Made by a program: the position numbers and the translations under genes. This document shows, in pieces, positions 16,456-30,468 of a DNA stretch of 64,000 nucleotides. Source of the DNA: Auanema rhodensis (Eukaryota; Animalia; Nematoda); NCBI GenBank assembly GCA_964057225.1, contig OZ059898.1:15004001-15068000 (forward strand), in the 5' to 3' direction. Position 1 is the stretch's first letter. Each line of letters begins with the position of its first letter. The notes beneath the pieces are model-generated. The model was not told the origin of the DNA and ran no database searches. It worked only from the letters and a program-made list of their open reading frames with translations.

Positions 16456-17810
16456 TATGAAGAGAAAACAGACACGGAGGTGAAGTAATAAAATGCAGAA
16501 ACTACCCTTCGTTTCATTCTTTTCAAATTATTCTCTTTCAAGCTTCCTTATTTTTTATTTTGTTTTCTTTTTCACAAGCATAAATCATTTTGGATTTGCT
16601 GATATATCCAACTTGTCACTTTTCAAGTTGTAGCTCCACATCATTCCATCTTCTCCCTATGTAGGGCTGTCTGCTTTGTCTTGGCTGTAAATTCTCCAGC
16701 CACACAGTGTTCAAGAGGTGTTTATGTCTGTGTTGTAATCATGTTTCGTTTTTTTATTTTCCTTTGTTTATATTTCCGCTTTTTTTGGCGAAGAAACAAA
16801 AAAGGAGTTGGAGGGGGAAGAAGAACTGAAAATGGAGAGGCCAAGCCTCGAATTTCCTGTGTTTCAATACTACAACATGATTATTCGTCGTCAGCTGAGA
16901 CATCTTTCTTATTTCGTTTTATTCTTCTTCTTCGTCGTCGTATGATCTTCCTTTTTTCTTGATCATCTTCAAAACCCATTCCAATGTTTCATTACAAAGA
17001 GAAAAAGTTTCATGATAAGCTTGAAATGAATTCTCTTTCTCTCGTTCTTTCTCTCTTTTTCCTTCTTCATGCTATTACCCTACTCTGTTATTCCTGCATA
17101 TGCTTTTGCTCTTTTCATTTTTCTACTTTTTCTTTCAGTAAAACTACTTCCTAGCCTCTGCGTTGGGCCCGTATTCTCTACCTCGCTCTCGCATATCTGC
17201 AAATTCCCTCTTACCCTTCCATTCACTCTGTAAATTTTCTTTTAGATGCCAGCTGTCACTAATGCCTTTTGAGTCCCCGAGGGCATTTTATTAGATTTAT
17301 GTTTCATACTCGTTCACAGAGCGAATCAAAAAGATATTCACAGCCAACTCAAGCTCAAATTATCTAATAAGTTTCTCTTTTTCTTTCTGATTTTTCAAGC
17401 TTATTTATTTCCTCGTTTTTTTTTCAATCTCAGTTATTTTTCCCTTTTTTTCTGCTTGATTGACCAGATATTTGATTTCAAAACCATAAACGAGAAACAT
17501 AGCAAGTTTAGATGTTGCTTTTCATGTTTTATGCTGCTGCTACTGCTATTGCTACTGCTCATCTCTCATAATTTTGTATATTTTACGTCACCAATTACAT
17601 CTTCATATATACATATTTATATAAACCAGTTTTCATATATCAATACTAGATTTTCGTTCATAATCAATGACCATCATCATCATCAACAGCAGCACCGGCC
17701 ATCATCCATAGAGTTCTTCGGCTTTGATTTTCATTTCATTCTCTGCTTTTTTATTTCTGCTTTCTTTCTACTTTGTCATATCTAAATCAGATGGAAATAC
17801 ACTCCCATAT

Positions 17811-17813
<3 letters not shown>

Positions 17814-17850
<37 letters not shown>
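17814..17850. repeat. (GA)n microsatellite
   Basis: GA run, slightly imperfect at its 3' end. Confidence 0.9.
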
Positions 17851-17851
<1 letters not shown>

Positions 17852-18188
17852 GAAGTGCGGAAAGGAGCAACACAAACTCCAAATACACATTTCGTTTGAA
17901 AATGTGTCGCTTGCCTTGGCTCAATGAATAGCATTATGTATTTTTTCATTTCTATTTGAAATTTTTTTGGATATAAATTTCTATTATGAATATTACTAGT
18001 TATGTAATATTCAGGCTTGTTAGCATTATTTCTTAAAGTTTTTCCATTCAATCTCTTATTCTTGTGTTCTCTTTCTTCTTTGTCTTTATCTCTATCATGT
18101 TTCTTATTCATTTAGTTGCCAACTAATCCATTTAGCTTAATCTGTTTTTGTTCCACCCAATTGAGGTAAAGCTTGATTGTGCTTAAAA

Positions 18189-18192
<4 letters not shown>

Positions 18193-18245
<53 letters not shown>
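18193..18245. repeat. (CT)n microsatellite
   Basis: Perfect TC run. Confidence 0.95.
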
Positions 18246-18248
<3 letters not shown>

Positions 18249-18568
18249 AGATATGCTTTCTCTCTATTACTTTAACCTTTTTACGTTTTCCTTAAAAATA
18301 CGAATGTTTCATATTGAATTTTGATATTGAATACTTGAATACTGGATCATATAAATGGACTTTTCAACAATTATGTGAATTTTATTACCAATGATATGTA
18401 ATTGTTCATTTCTTGCTTCTGATTTCATTAATGTTTCGTTAGAAAACAATGATCAAAAGGATTCTGAAGCAAAGCTCAAACTGCGAAAGTCTCAATGAGC
18501 CATCAAATGATGATGAGAATGAACGAGTAAGAAAAAGAACTGCAAATCATTATTACCATAGCGAAGCA

Positions 18569-18570
<2 letters not shown>

Positions 18571-18649
<79 letters not shown>
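18571..18649. repeat. (GA)n microsatellite
   Basis: About 79-bp AG run with one interruption. Confidence 0.95.
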
Positions 18650-18651
<2 letters not shown>

Positions 18652-19261
18652 TGGTATGATCTCATCTTCCTCTCTTGATCACATGTTTCATTTCCAATTT
18701 TTATTCGAATATTGAGTTAAGATATAAACAATTCGGAGGAATCTTTCATCTCAAATCATCTAATTTCATAATTTTCTATATTTTCTTAATTAATTGATTC
18801 ATTTTCAATTCGTCGAATGATTATCAGCCAAAAAAAAATTTTATCTTCATCTCCTTTCTCTCTTTATTTTTTTTTCTGTTCATTTCATTTCCGTTTATGT
18901 TCATCTATGGCTTCTTACATTTTTTTTCAAAAACGGAGACAGAGATAGAGGAGTGGTGGGCTGAAATCCTTCCTTTCTACATCCTCTCATGCGTTTGATT
19001 GTCTTTTTCTACTCGTTTTGGCTGTTTCTTTCATCAGCAAAGCTCAATTTCTCGACAAATTTTTGAATCCGATTTCTTATTTGTATGTGCTGGCCGTATG
19101 CAGGCAATTTTTTTTCATAAACTCACCGTGTAAAACTTTTTTTTTTTCAATAAACTCACAGTTTTTTCGCTTCACCCACTCCATTAGTACATATGATTTG
19201 CTGAATATATGAGTTTACTCTTCATTATTGCTTCATGTATTACTGTCTCTCATTTTCTCTT

Positions 19262-19281
19262 TCTCTCTCTTTCTATCTCTC

Positions 19282-19334
<53 letters not shown>
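19262..19334. repeat. (CT)n microsatellite
   Basis: CT run, imperfect in the 5' half. Confidence 0.95.
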
Positions 19335-19335
<1 letters not shown>

Positions 19336-22300
19336 GTGCTACTAGTAGTAAACTTACCCATTTTCATACAAAGCTATAAAACTTTTTTTTTACACCTGTC
19401 TACCTTTTTATAATTATTTTGAATGTCATATTCTAGTAGTACCTACCTAGTAGTTCTCTTTTATTTTTGGTCATCAACAAAATAACCAAAAAAACGGATT
19501 ACAACCTCTATTTCTTACTGATTTGGTCCGATGCTCAGAATGTTTTTCTTTTATTTTTCCAATAATTTGCTATATTAGATGATCTCTGACTATTTGACTA
19601 ATACATCTAACTTATTCTTTGAACCGCATAAATCCATTTGTTAGTTGGAAGATCATCGGAAAAACTCTTTCTACTCACTTCACTTGATGTCCATTTACGA
19701 CATTGACTTTGGGTCTAAAAGAGAAAAAGAGAAGGATAAGGAGACATAGAGAAAGAGAGAGAGAGAGAAGCTTCTAGAATATTGATATGACGACTTCTTC
19801 GGAATCTGGCTTATTCATACGTTCCCTCTCTTCGCCTCCCTCGTTCTCTTCTTCTTTTCTCTCGCACCTCTCTCTCCCTCTCTCCTTTCATACTACTTCT
19901 ATACCAAGCTATTTTCTTCTCTTCTTAACTTACTTTCTAATATAGTCACGGAATCCATAAGGCGAAAAGCTGGAACTTAAGAAGGAACACGAAGGAAATG
20001 GCATTGCATGTCGCTTTCCTTGGCACGTGGGTCATCCCTTCGATAACATCTTCAATCCTGTTCTCCCTCCCAACTCACATTAACCTCAATATCGTACTCT
20101 TTTTCTCTAATTCTCTTCATTATAACGATATAAATTTACAGAGCAAACTGCAGGTTTTCTTTAACATTCAAAGACAATTCTGCCGATTGTTTTGATGGCG
20201 TTTCATTTGGTCAAGGCTGTCGTGCTCTAAGAGCATTATCTGCCCCTCTTATATACTTGTACTTTCCAATCAATACTATGCTTTCTTTGATATATTTATT
20301 GAAATTGTTTTTATATCTTTGTCAGAATGTAATAACGAAACTTCGAAATCTTTCTGTAAATCGATTTCAAAAATTAAACATTCGACCATGCTGTAACCTT
20401 TGTTTGGCATCGTTATCTTCTTTTTTCATAGCCATTGTCTTGTATATTTTCATATTTGTACTTTTGTGCTCATGTTTTTTCTTTTATTTTTATTTTCTGT
20501 CGTTTTTATATTTCGTATTAGGGATTCGAAAAGAAGAAGTTCTATGCAAGGTTTTAGGTTCTTTCGCTTCAGATTTCCTCTAAGATTAGTATTGTGTTTC
20601 ATTTAGTTTCTTTCACTTATTCCTAAATTTGTTGCCAAATTTTCTAAAAGAAAAATGACTCCAAAGAAACAGAAAATGAAGCATCTCAGCTCGGGTATTT
20701 CCTTTTTTTTAGATTTAAGAAGAGATCTTCTTTTCCTGTGTACAGCTTTCTTTTCTCTCTCTCTCTCTCCCTTTGTTAGTTCATTTTCCTTTTCCAATGA
20801 TATGGTGCCGGAAAAAAGTGCAAATCCCTTATCCTTGAATTCTCTATTCTCTGGGGAGATTTGTATGGATGAACTTTTATATACATTATTTTTAATACAT
20901 ATATTTTGATTGTTGAGCATATTGATGTCGTCTGTCAGCCGGGCAACTAGCTGCCGACTACCATTCCGGCCTCCCATGTTTTCGCCGAAAAAAAAAGCGA
21001 AAATTTCGTTTGGAAAAGCACATCTGTTTTCTGGGTTGCGACATCGCGCTCAAATATTCCTTGTTGAACCTCGTAGAGCAGCATCCTAGATGTAGAGGTG
21101 TGGTCGATTATTGTCATTGTAAAACCGTCATTGGTCATTTGTCAGTTGGCCAATAATCTTTTCCAAAAACTGTCGTCACTTCATGCGGACAGCAGATGTT
21201 AATCCACCATGAGGTTTTGTATGTTTCATTTGGAAGCGATGGAAGAACGAACAGAGACTAGAAGCTATTGTAATGGTTAGAAAATAAACGGTCAGAGAAA
21301 AAAAAAGGAGAGATGGAGAGAGGGAAATGACGAAAGAACAAGATGGAATGAGAGAAATATAGCTGGATTATAAGGCTGTGTAGAGGGAGATGTTAGAGGA
21401 CATCAGAGGGTTTTTCCTTATACTCAGTTCGTTTTCATATGATTCATTCAGAGACCCTTTCATTTTGTGTACAACAACGGTTCACATCCCCATCTGTTTC
21501 TTGTTTTAATATCCGCTGTTTGTATAAAAATAATATGGCTACTAAATGTTTTTGCCCCTCTCTCTCTCTTTCTCTCTTTGTCTTAATTTTTTTTTGTCTT
21601 TTTTTCTCTCTGAGTAAGTTCGTCTATCTTCCTCTTCTCTCCCTCTTTCGCACCCGCTCCCTCTATATTTTTCCTTCTACTTCTAAAAAAATATAAGTTT
21701 ATATTCCCAAATATTTTTTCTGCTGTTCAACATACATATACGAGTAGTAATATTTCAGTTGTCGCACTATTTGATCATATATCGTCTCTTCAGCTCATCC
21801 ATCCAAATGTATACGAGATCTATATATGGGAAAATAGCTTGACCATATGAATGTTTCCATGTTTTTCTTTGTTTTCGTCCTCATCCGCTCAACTCAGATG
21901 ATCACAACTCATGTTATTGCTGACTTGTACACCAAACTAAATCTAAACTTTTCATTTTCATGTGCTCCTCTCCTTTCCTCTCTTCTCTTCTCATTGAGTT
22001 CTCTTCCTCCTTAACTTCCTTTTCTCATTTTTATAGTTTTATTCTTTTCTTTTATGATCTCATCTGATCTTCGCTCAATTTTCTCTCTTCTATAATTGCT
22101 CTTGCTCCAAAAAAAACTTGTTCTCTTTTTCATTTCATCTACCTCATCTACACCCTTATTACTCCAAATAACAGTTTTTGTATAAAAAAATCGATACTTT
22201 TCTCATTTCACACTCATTTATTGATTTCGTCGCATCCATCCTCGCATTTACGATCTCCAGCCGTTTGTACATCATCATCTTCTGTAAACTATAACCCTCT

Positions 22301-22514
22301 CGATCATCCTCTATCTCATCAGCAACAATCTACTTGTCAATATTCGTCATTAATCATCTTATAATTCGACTACAAATCATTTTTTTCTTATTGCGTATTT
22401 TCTTATTTTCTTCTCTTTCTATCGAATACAAAACATGAAAATTTTTACTAAATATCTAAATCTTATATTTCTTACAGGGTTAATGCCCGTTTGGTGAGAA
22501 GGGCAACCTCTCGA

Positions 22515-25500
22515 ATGAGCTACGACGACGATGAAGATGGCGGCAGTGGCTGCATATCAGGATCAAAGGTAACTCCTAAGACCTGCGGCTCTGATGACGA
22601 TGCTGACACACGATCAGCCCCGGGAGATCTCGGAGCACCTCCAAAATCGCAAAGAATGAAATGGTTAGCATAACTTTTATATATATATATATATATATTG
22701 TCATTGTTTTTACTGATGATTATACTTAAATATTCTTTAATTCCTCTTTGTGGCTTAAAATTCCGGTCGTTTTCTGAATGATAAAGCTATCAGTTCTTTG
22801 ACGTATATTTGACCCAAATTCTTTAAATATTCTCCAAGCTTTTACCTTTTCACATTTTTTCTTGTGATAAGACTTCTCTAAGTTAAAAATTTCAAAATTA
22901 TGAAAAAAGATCCACGTTGTAGTTCACGTGAAATAATTTCATTGTTACTGCATGAGACGCTGAGTGCGGTTGCTCATATTCAGATTTCTCATGCGTTTTC
23001 GTTATCAAGGTTTGTTTGATACACTGTAACATATGTTTATCTTAATTTTATTGGAATGTTTGGATTTTTTATTTTGCTATTTTGATTTTATATTATTTCA
23101 TTCGATATGATGTAACTCACATTTACACCCTTAACACCCCCATAGCCAACTGCCTTCATTCATTGTCAATTTCTCACTTTTTTTTGCTTAGAAAAGTTGT
23201 TGAATAACATATTACAATTTATTAATATTTGAATTATTTTATTTATTTTAATTTCAGGGGGCATATTCGTCAAGCTTCTCAAGGTATTCCTCCTAGGGAC
23301 GTGAAACGTCCCCGCCGTATCAGAGACAAGCATTGGGAGGTATGTGAAATTTGTCATTTCATTCATTCAAATATTATTTTTTATTACTCTTGCTTGATAC
23401 TTGTATGTGTTAAACTTTCTTTTTTACTATGCGCTCTGGTTTAAAAAGCATTCTTCTTGTTGCAAAAAACGAGAAAGATAACTGATTTCGAGCTATGTTT
23501 ATTCATGGTTTGGGAATAGTTGCACCAGCCAAACAAGCATATGTTTTTCATGACCTTCCCTTCTCATCCTTTGTATTTCTACACTTGGCATGAAACTTTT
23601 TTATATTCTATCAACATTTTCATGAAGCCTTTTTTTACTTCTTATTTTTTGTCTTTCTAAATTATGTTTGACAAATAGCTCGTGAAACTTGTCACCTTTC
23701 TATCCTTTTTTTTCAACCACACGAGTATTCCGAGAAAAGTAGAAGATAACTCATTCATCTCAAATAGCCCATTGAGCTTCTTCTCATAAGGCTCAAGTAA
23801 CAGCTGCTCTGAAGCTGTTATCAACTTGCAAACAATAAGAGTGCTCTAAACATTTTGCTCATGAACTCTTATTGTTGGCTCTGAAAATCATTTCATTGTT
23901 ATTCTACTAATATGTGCCATTGTGTCTGTGATATGTTTTATCAATAGAGCAAACGTTTTAATGAAAACATGCAAAAAGGGCGGAGCAGAAGATCCGTAAG
24001 ATTCGGACGACAAACAGTGGTAAGTCGTATGAAGTTAGCAATGAAAGTAAAATGATAGAAGCTACTCCATAAGCTGTGTATGTCTGAAATACACGAACAG
24101 GCACTGTGAGAAAGTTATACGTATATGTGGTGATTGGCAGCTCGTTTTCAGCTCATATTTTGTCACATTGCCACAGATGATAACAGATTCGCGCACTGTG
24201 TGTTATCTATTATTCTAGTCTTAAAAATGTTTTTTTATTTATTTTTTGCTCTCTCCCTGCGTATTTTGTCTTTTCTCCACCCCTCCACTTCCATTGTGTT
24301 TTACTGTCAATTGAAAATTTGGCTTAATTGAAACTTTCACCAATTAACCCATCTTTATACTTTTCTAATTTTTGGAGTTTATTATTCACCTAGAAAAGTA
24401 CTTTGCGTGAAAGCTTTTTATGCTTTTGTGCTAGCTCGCTGTCGTTGGCGTTGTCCGTGTCGACGACGTCTTCTCGAACCGAAACATCTGCCAAAAGATG
24501 GAGAGAAAGGGACAGAGACAGACTTCTTTAAGCTGTGAACCAAAATGTGTATGTCTTGATTGTGCCAGCATGTCAAGCAAACCTCTGTTTCGTTATCTAT
24601 TCAGAATTTTCATGTATTCTTGTTGTGTCTTGTTGAGTTTTTTTACAACACCTATTGGTCTTTTTACTGACTCATTAACTATTGAACTATCGAATTTGTA
24701 TTTTTTTCGTCTTTGCTCTATTTTTTGGGCCCACTTTTTACTTACATTCTTTGATCCCACAAATTTTGCAAATATTTCTATGTGTGATATACAATTTTGT
24801 ATTTTGAAAAAGCTTTCATCAGTATTTTTTCAAGGCGTGTTATCATACGTTTCTGTTTTTCCACCAACTTGCTCAATAAGACAATAGTTGTAGCAGCAGC
24901 TAACGTCATGCTCTGTTGATATTTGTTTTTTTGTTTTTCATAATATGAGATACGGATTATCCTAAAGGAATTGTCCTTTATACCTCAATCATCTGAAAAA
25001 CGAATTTGTCAGTAGAAAGTTGTTATAGGCTTCATTGTTTGTAAGCGTTTCACTACATTCCTATTATTCCGCTTCAAACTCTTCTCATTTCTCTCAGATT
25101 GCGTTTGGCTTTTTTCTTTTCGAAATACTGAGTAATCACTTCGTGAATGATTTTTGCTGCAGGCCTCATAAACGAAGATTGCTAATAAAGCAATGGAAGT
25201 ATGTTTCTGTACCTTTATTCCTCCGTCCCTATTGGTTTTATTTTTGTTTTGCAAATGTCAAGCAGAAACAACTCATACGTTTACTCGCGGCATTCCTTCT
25301 GTGCCTATGTCGGTGGTCATTGGCCTCTTGAATAATCAATTCTATTAAATCGTTTGATTTGTCGTCTGTTTGTTATCATAATAAATCCCCTCCCAGAAAA
25401 ATTTAAAATTTGTTGTATTAGGATTAAAGTAGAGAAATTTTGGTCTCATTTGTCAGCTTGATCTTTCTCACAGTCTGAATTGTTCAAACTCCCCTCTCTT

Positions 25501-28500
25501 CATTCATACAAACTCCAGATGTCTTAGTTTGATTATGCTCCTTCCTACTTCATGTTCAGCTCCATTCATAATATATAAAAATTTTCCTTTCGCTTTGCTT
25601 TGCTGTAAAATGGATAATGAAGCTTGATTCGTTCTATTTCATTTTCACCCAGTTATTGAATGGAATACTTTCACCTTTACTTTACTCACCCACTATCTGT
25701 ACGAGTAATATTGCTATATATTGTTCTTTGAATGTTTTTTATGTTCCCTTTCTATCAATATCCCTCTTTGTGGACTCTGTTTTGCTTGATACATGTAATA
25801 GTCACACCCACTTAGCTCTAAAGCCCTGAAGAATAACATTGAAAAATAGAAAATGACCTGATCTAATCTATTCTATTTAAATTTATTTCTAGGAGACGCA
25901 AAACGAGCTGATTGAGAAAGAAATGAGCGTTCTCACTCAAGAATCTCAGTGTGGTATTGGGAAGTACAGACCTAAGTGGATTCAGTTTCTTGGTACACGA
26001 AATTGGATGATGCTTCTGTTATGTTGGTATTGTATGGTTCAGGTAACTTGATTGTACCCACGTACTTCGATTAAATTAATCATGGTTCAGGGTATGGTAA
26101 ACAACGGTTTAGTTCCATCAGCTATTTCTTCAATAGAACGGAGATATAAACTAAGTACTAGTACTATGGGTAGAATAGTTCAGGTAATTCAATTCAGTTT
26201 GTATTTGATGCCTTTTATTTTTTTTTCAAATCTTCACGTCAGAATGTATTTACATGCTTGATTTCAGTTCTACGATTTCGGTTATGTTTTATTCTGTATT
26301 CCGGTGTCGTATTTCGGAGGACGTCATAGCAAACCAGCAGTGTTAGCTGCAGGTATGTATTGTAGTTAGTGACAACGGTGTTGTATCCGATTGAGAGGGA
26401 ATCTGATTCAATTTGATTTACGTCATGTATTTAGGTCTTGCACTTATGGCAACAGGCAGCTTCCTGTTCTCAACTCCACATTTGCTTGCTGACAGTTATT
26501 CAGCTAATATTGGTAATACTTCTCTCGGGTCCTGCAGTGTCAGATCAGGTAAATTAAGTTAAAGTTATCTCGAACAAACGTTTATCATTTCAGATATTTT
26601 CAACGAAAGCAATCCGGTAGCTGAATCGCTAACTGCTCCATGTCCTATCAATCATCAAACTCACGTATGTTACATCATACTGTACATCCATATCAAAGCT
26701 TAATATCATTTCAGCCCGGTAGTTTTCGATATGTTTTTCTATTTTGTTTGGCCCATTTCTTACATGGAATTGGAGCAACACCTCTTTTCACCATTGGTGT
26801 TAGTTACATTGATGAAAATGTCGGTCCTGCTCTTTCTTCTTTATTCGTAGGTGAGTCAATTGCTTTTAAAATATTTCATTAGATCAATCTGATTTCTTTT
26901 TCTTTTCAGGTATTTTCTATGCTTTTGCCATTTTCGGTCCAGCAGCTGGATTTTTAACTGCTGGTACTCTCTTGCGGTACCACACTGATTTTTGGCATCT
27001 ACCTGCTGAGCAAATTTTACGCGTCAGTGGAGACGAGACTGATCCATCATGGGTTGGAGCTTGGTGGCTTGGCTTCTTTATAGCCTGTATTTTGGGATTT
27101 GTGGCAGTCCCTGCGATCAGCTGTCTTCCCAAAGTACTGCCAGCTTCATTAATGTGGCATAGAACAAGATTGCGAGAAGCTTCACAATCTGGACGTCGGC
27201 GCACACCAGAATGTTGCGGAATGGCTGGAACCAATAAGACAGCTGCTTTGTACAGCGACACACCTGGTATTCACATAATGATATTTGACCATTTGAACTT
27301 TAATGATTTTAGAACAAACGACATTACTTTACTCTAATATAACAAATCGAGCACGGGGTCCTCTCTGGTACAAGTTGTGGCTTGATGTGAGACATATTCC
27401 TGTTTCCATTTACCGCATTTTAACTAATGGGCCATTCATGATCATCACTATCGCTATGGCTGTTGACAGTATGATTAGGAATAGTCAGAATCTTTTAAAA
27501 CTTGATTTTCCAGGTCTGGTTGTAACTGGTGCTTCATCGTTTATGTCAAAATATCTGGAACGTCAGTTTAGTGTTGCTCCAAGTAAAGCTAATGTACTCA
27601 TTGGTATGTGCTTTTTAGCTTTTAAAAATTTTAATTGTACATTGTGACAGGTTGTATCATGGTTCCAATGGCTGGAGTTGGATGTATGATCTCAGGATAT
27701 ATCGTTCAATATTTCCGTTTGAATTGTGTAAAAACATTAAAATTAGCTATTGGATTATTATTCATCTCCTTGATGTTAACACCCATGTATCTGATATACT
27801 GTCCACATGATGCTCTGGTCGGAGTTGAAACAAGTTATCCTGTACTGTAAGTTTTCATCTATAGTTTTCAATTTTCATGGTTTATTGTTCAGTAAAGATT
27901 CATCTTTTCCTGCGAATGTCACCCTTAACAACTATTTTGAAGAAGTCAGCTTGACTTCTTCCTGTAATTCTCACTGTACATGTAGTGAATCTGAATATCG
28001 ACCTGTATGTGCAGAATTCTTAGATGGAACTCAACTTAGCTACTATTCACCATGTTATGCTGGTTGCACAGAATCATATTCGCCTGTTGTCAAGGTAATT
28101 TTAAGTTTTACTATTCCTGAAATCTGAAATTTCTTTTACAGACTTACACGAACTGCAAGTGTGTTGCAGCTAATACTCGTCATACACCTCATCGGGTTAA
28201 GAAAGGTTTATGCGAAAGCAAATGCAGCGGATTACTAGGATTCCTCGTGCTCTTTGCTCCACTTAGTTTCTGTACTTTTGCTGTCGGTGTTCCACTGATT
28301 TCAGTAATTCTGAGGTTGGTATTGAGTGAATTTCTCATCTTATGGAAATATATTTTAGAACTGTTGATTACGGTGAACGTAGTTTTGCTTTGGGAATTCA
28401 ATGGATTCTTGTTCGTGTTATTGGAACAATCCCTGCTCCCGTGTTGTTCGGATGGATGTTCGATGTGAGCTGTATTCGATATCAATCTGAGCCATGTGAA

Positions 28501-28834
28501 TCACAAACTGGTAGCTGCTTATTGTATTCGAATAAGCTGTTAGCTGACCTTTTCCTCACATTTTCCATTGTTGGACAGGTAACGGATAGATTGTTGATCT
28601 TCTATTCTCAAATTGTCATTACAGGCCTTAGCTATGGTTATTCTTATTTCGGCTTTGATGTTATACGGTGGATCGCTTCAAGACAATCCTCTTCCTGCCG
28701 TTCCTCTACAGGATATGCAGAAGAGTACATCTCCTGATGATAAGCCAATAGGAACACCAGAAGATGGTCAAATGACGGAAGAAGAAGAAGAGGCTGAGCG
28801 CCGGAAAATTCGAGATGAACTTCCGATAGCCTAA
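22515..28834 (+). CDS. Organic anion transporting polypeptide (OATP/SLCO family, MFS fold with Kazal-like loop); multi-exon; start may lie further upstream
   Basis: Exons 22478-22663, 23258-23339, 25893-26042 and onward splice in phase. They give CGIGKYRPKWIQF, ISSIERRYKLS, YDFGYVLFCIPVSYFGGR, GVSYIDENV, DPSWVGAWWLGF, Kazal-like CNSHCTCSESEYRPVC...YYSPCYAGC, and ERSFALGIQWILVRVIGTIPAPVLFGWMFDVSC. Stop TAA at 28832-28834. Confidence 0.95.
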
Positions 28835-30468
28835 GATGAAAGATACGAGTTTCTCTTTCTGTCAGGCTTTGTACGGCTTTTTTACATCTGAATCTCACCA
28901 TAAGTCTTCCAGCTGCAGGTTTTTTGTCCCTTTTTTCCAGCTGCTCAACTGGTTAGACGTCACTTCCATGTTCTGTTTTTTCTTAGTTTTTTTTTCGAAA
29001 TTAGAATATCGCCATATCTCTGGTGTAGTTACACCTTTTTAGATATCTCCAAATCCCTTCATCTACTATTAGCTTAGGTTCTATTGGAAGTCGCTAAGCC
29101 CAATTTTTACGGTCTTTCTTCAGAAGTGTACCTAATCTTTAGTAGATCCAAATTCGAATTTACACTATACTACAGTATTTTTAGATTTTTCCGGATTTTT
29201 TCTATCATCCTTTTCTGTCTCTCTCTCTCTCTCACTCACATATACTCTCTCTCTCTTTCTCTCTCTATATCTTTTTTTCTCTATTTCTCTCTATCCATCC
29301 CTTTCTTTCTTTTCCTGCATAGCTCTACCCAATATCATTTTATAATGATTTGGAAATCCTACCCCTTCGTATAATTCAACGATCTCGTTCAGAATATTCA
29401 ACGATCTCTCTTTCAGAGAACTTGAGTGAACTGGTTTATCAGTTTTCGATTTTTAGTAACTGTCGATAGCTTCTGAGCACATATCATTTTAAAGAACATG
29501 CCTGGCCTAATGCTGGTCTTCGTCTCTTCACTCTGTGTTCAGGTTCTGTCTTCATTTCTTTCCCTGTCGTCCCTCTTACCTATTTCCTTGCCTTCTACGT
29601 ATTAAGAAATCGAGAACTTACATTTTAAGTTTAGTCGTAGTATAATATATCAACTGGGTGAAAAGAGTATGAGACCCTTGTATGGTGATTACTTGATACA
29701 GTCCGGGTTCTGTGAGTTATGTGTCCATTTATAGTTTTTTTTCTTTTTTTATTATTATTTTTTCATCTATAGCATCATTTTACTATTGTCTGATTTACAT
29801 GAGTTTAGTCATATTGACTGATACTGCTGAGATTCAGGCTAGTTCTTTCCGGTGTTCTAATTGATGGGCTCTTCAGTAATTACGAGTAACATAGCATGTG
29901 AAATGTATTTTTGTATTTTTCATTACAAACTCTTTCTTACCTACCAATTCTCCATCATTGATGCATCTTGATATATTTTCAATATGTATTACGTAACCGA
30001 TAAGAAAGATATACCTCTCTTATTCATGTCTCTCTTTTAGCCTTTATCAACCCTCTTATTCTCTTCCCTCCTCTCTCTCTCTATTTCTCTCTCTTTCATA
30101 ATTTCTCTTAATCCCGTTTATCTACAAAAAGCTGAATTTATTCTGCTCAATGCTGACGACGAGTTTATTTAAATTGCCCCCCTCCCCCCCTGATTTCTTC
30201 AAACTACATGAACATGAGGACAAGGATAAAATGTTTTTTTTTCATTACCTCAAAGATTTCTATTGTAATTTCAATTTCTATCGCCGCGTTATCTCTTTAT
30301 CATCCTTTACACCTGTCCTGTATGAGGAAATAGAACAACGAAATTAATATTTTTTCCAAATTTCTATAAACTTATGTTTCATTGTTCCATCCTCCCCGAC
30401 CAATAATAAGGCTTAATAAATGTGTTTATAACGAAAATATATTTTAAGATGTACAACGGCTTAATAAA
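28835..30468 (+). other. Probable long (about 1.6 kb) 3' UTR of the OATP gene with tandem poly(A) signals
   Basis: T/C-rich sense-strand composition continues past the stop. GGCTTAATAAA occurs twice (30410-30420, 30458-30468), followed by a T-rich tract. Confidence 0.5.

Noticed and set aside
3356-21696. Dozens of 60-150 aa Phe/Leu/Ser-rich or ER-repeat ORFs in the ORF track
   Set aside because: These are translations of T-rich and (CT/GA)n non-coding DNA, often from TTG/GTG starts, with no splice-consistent models or recognisable domains.
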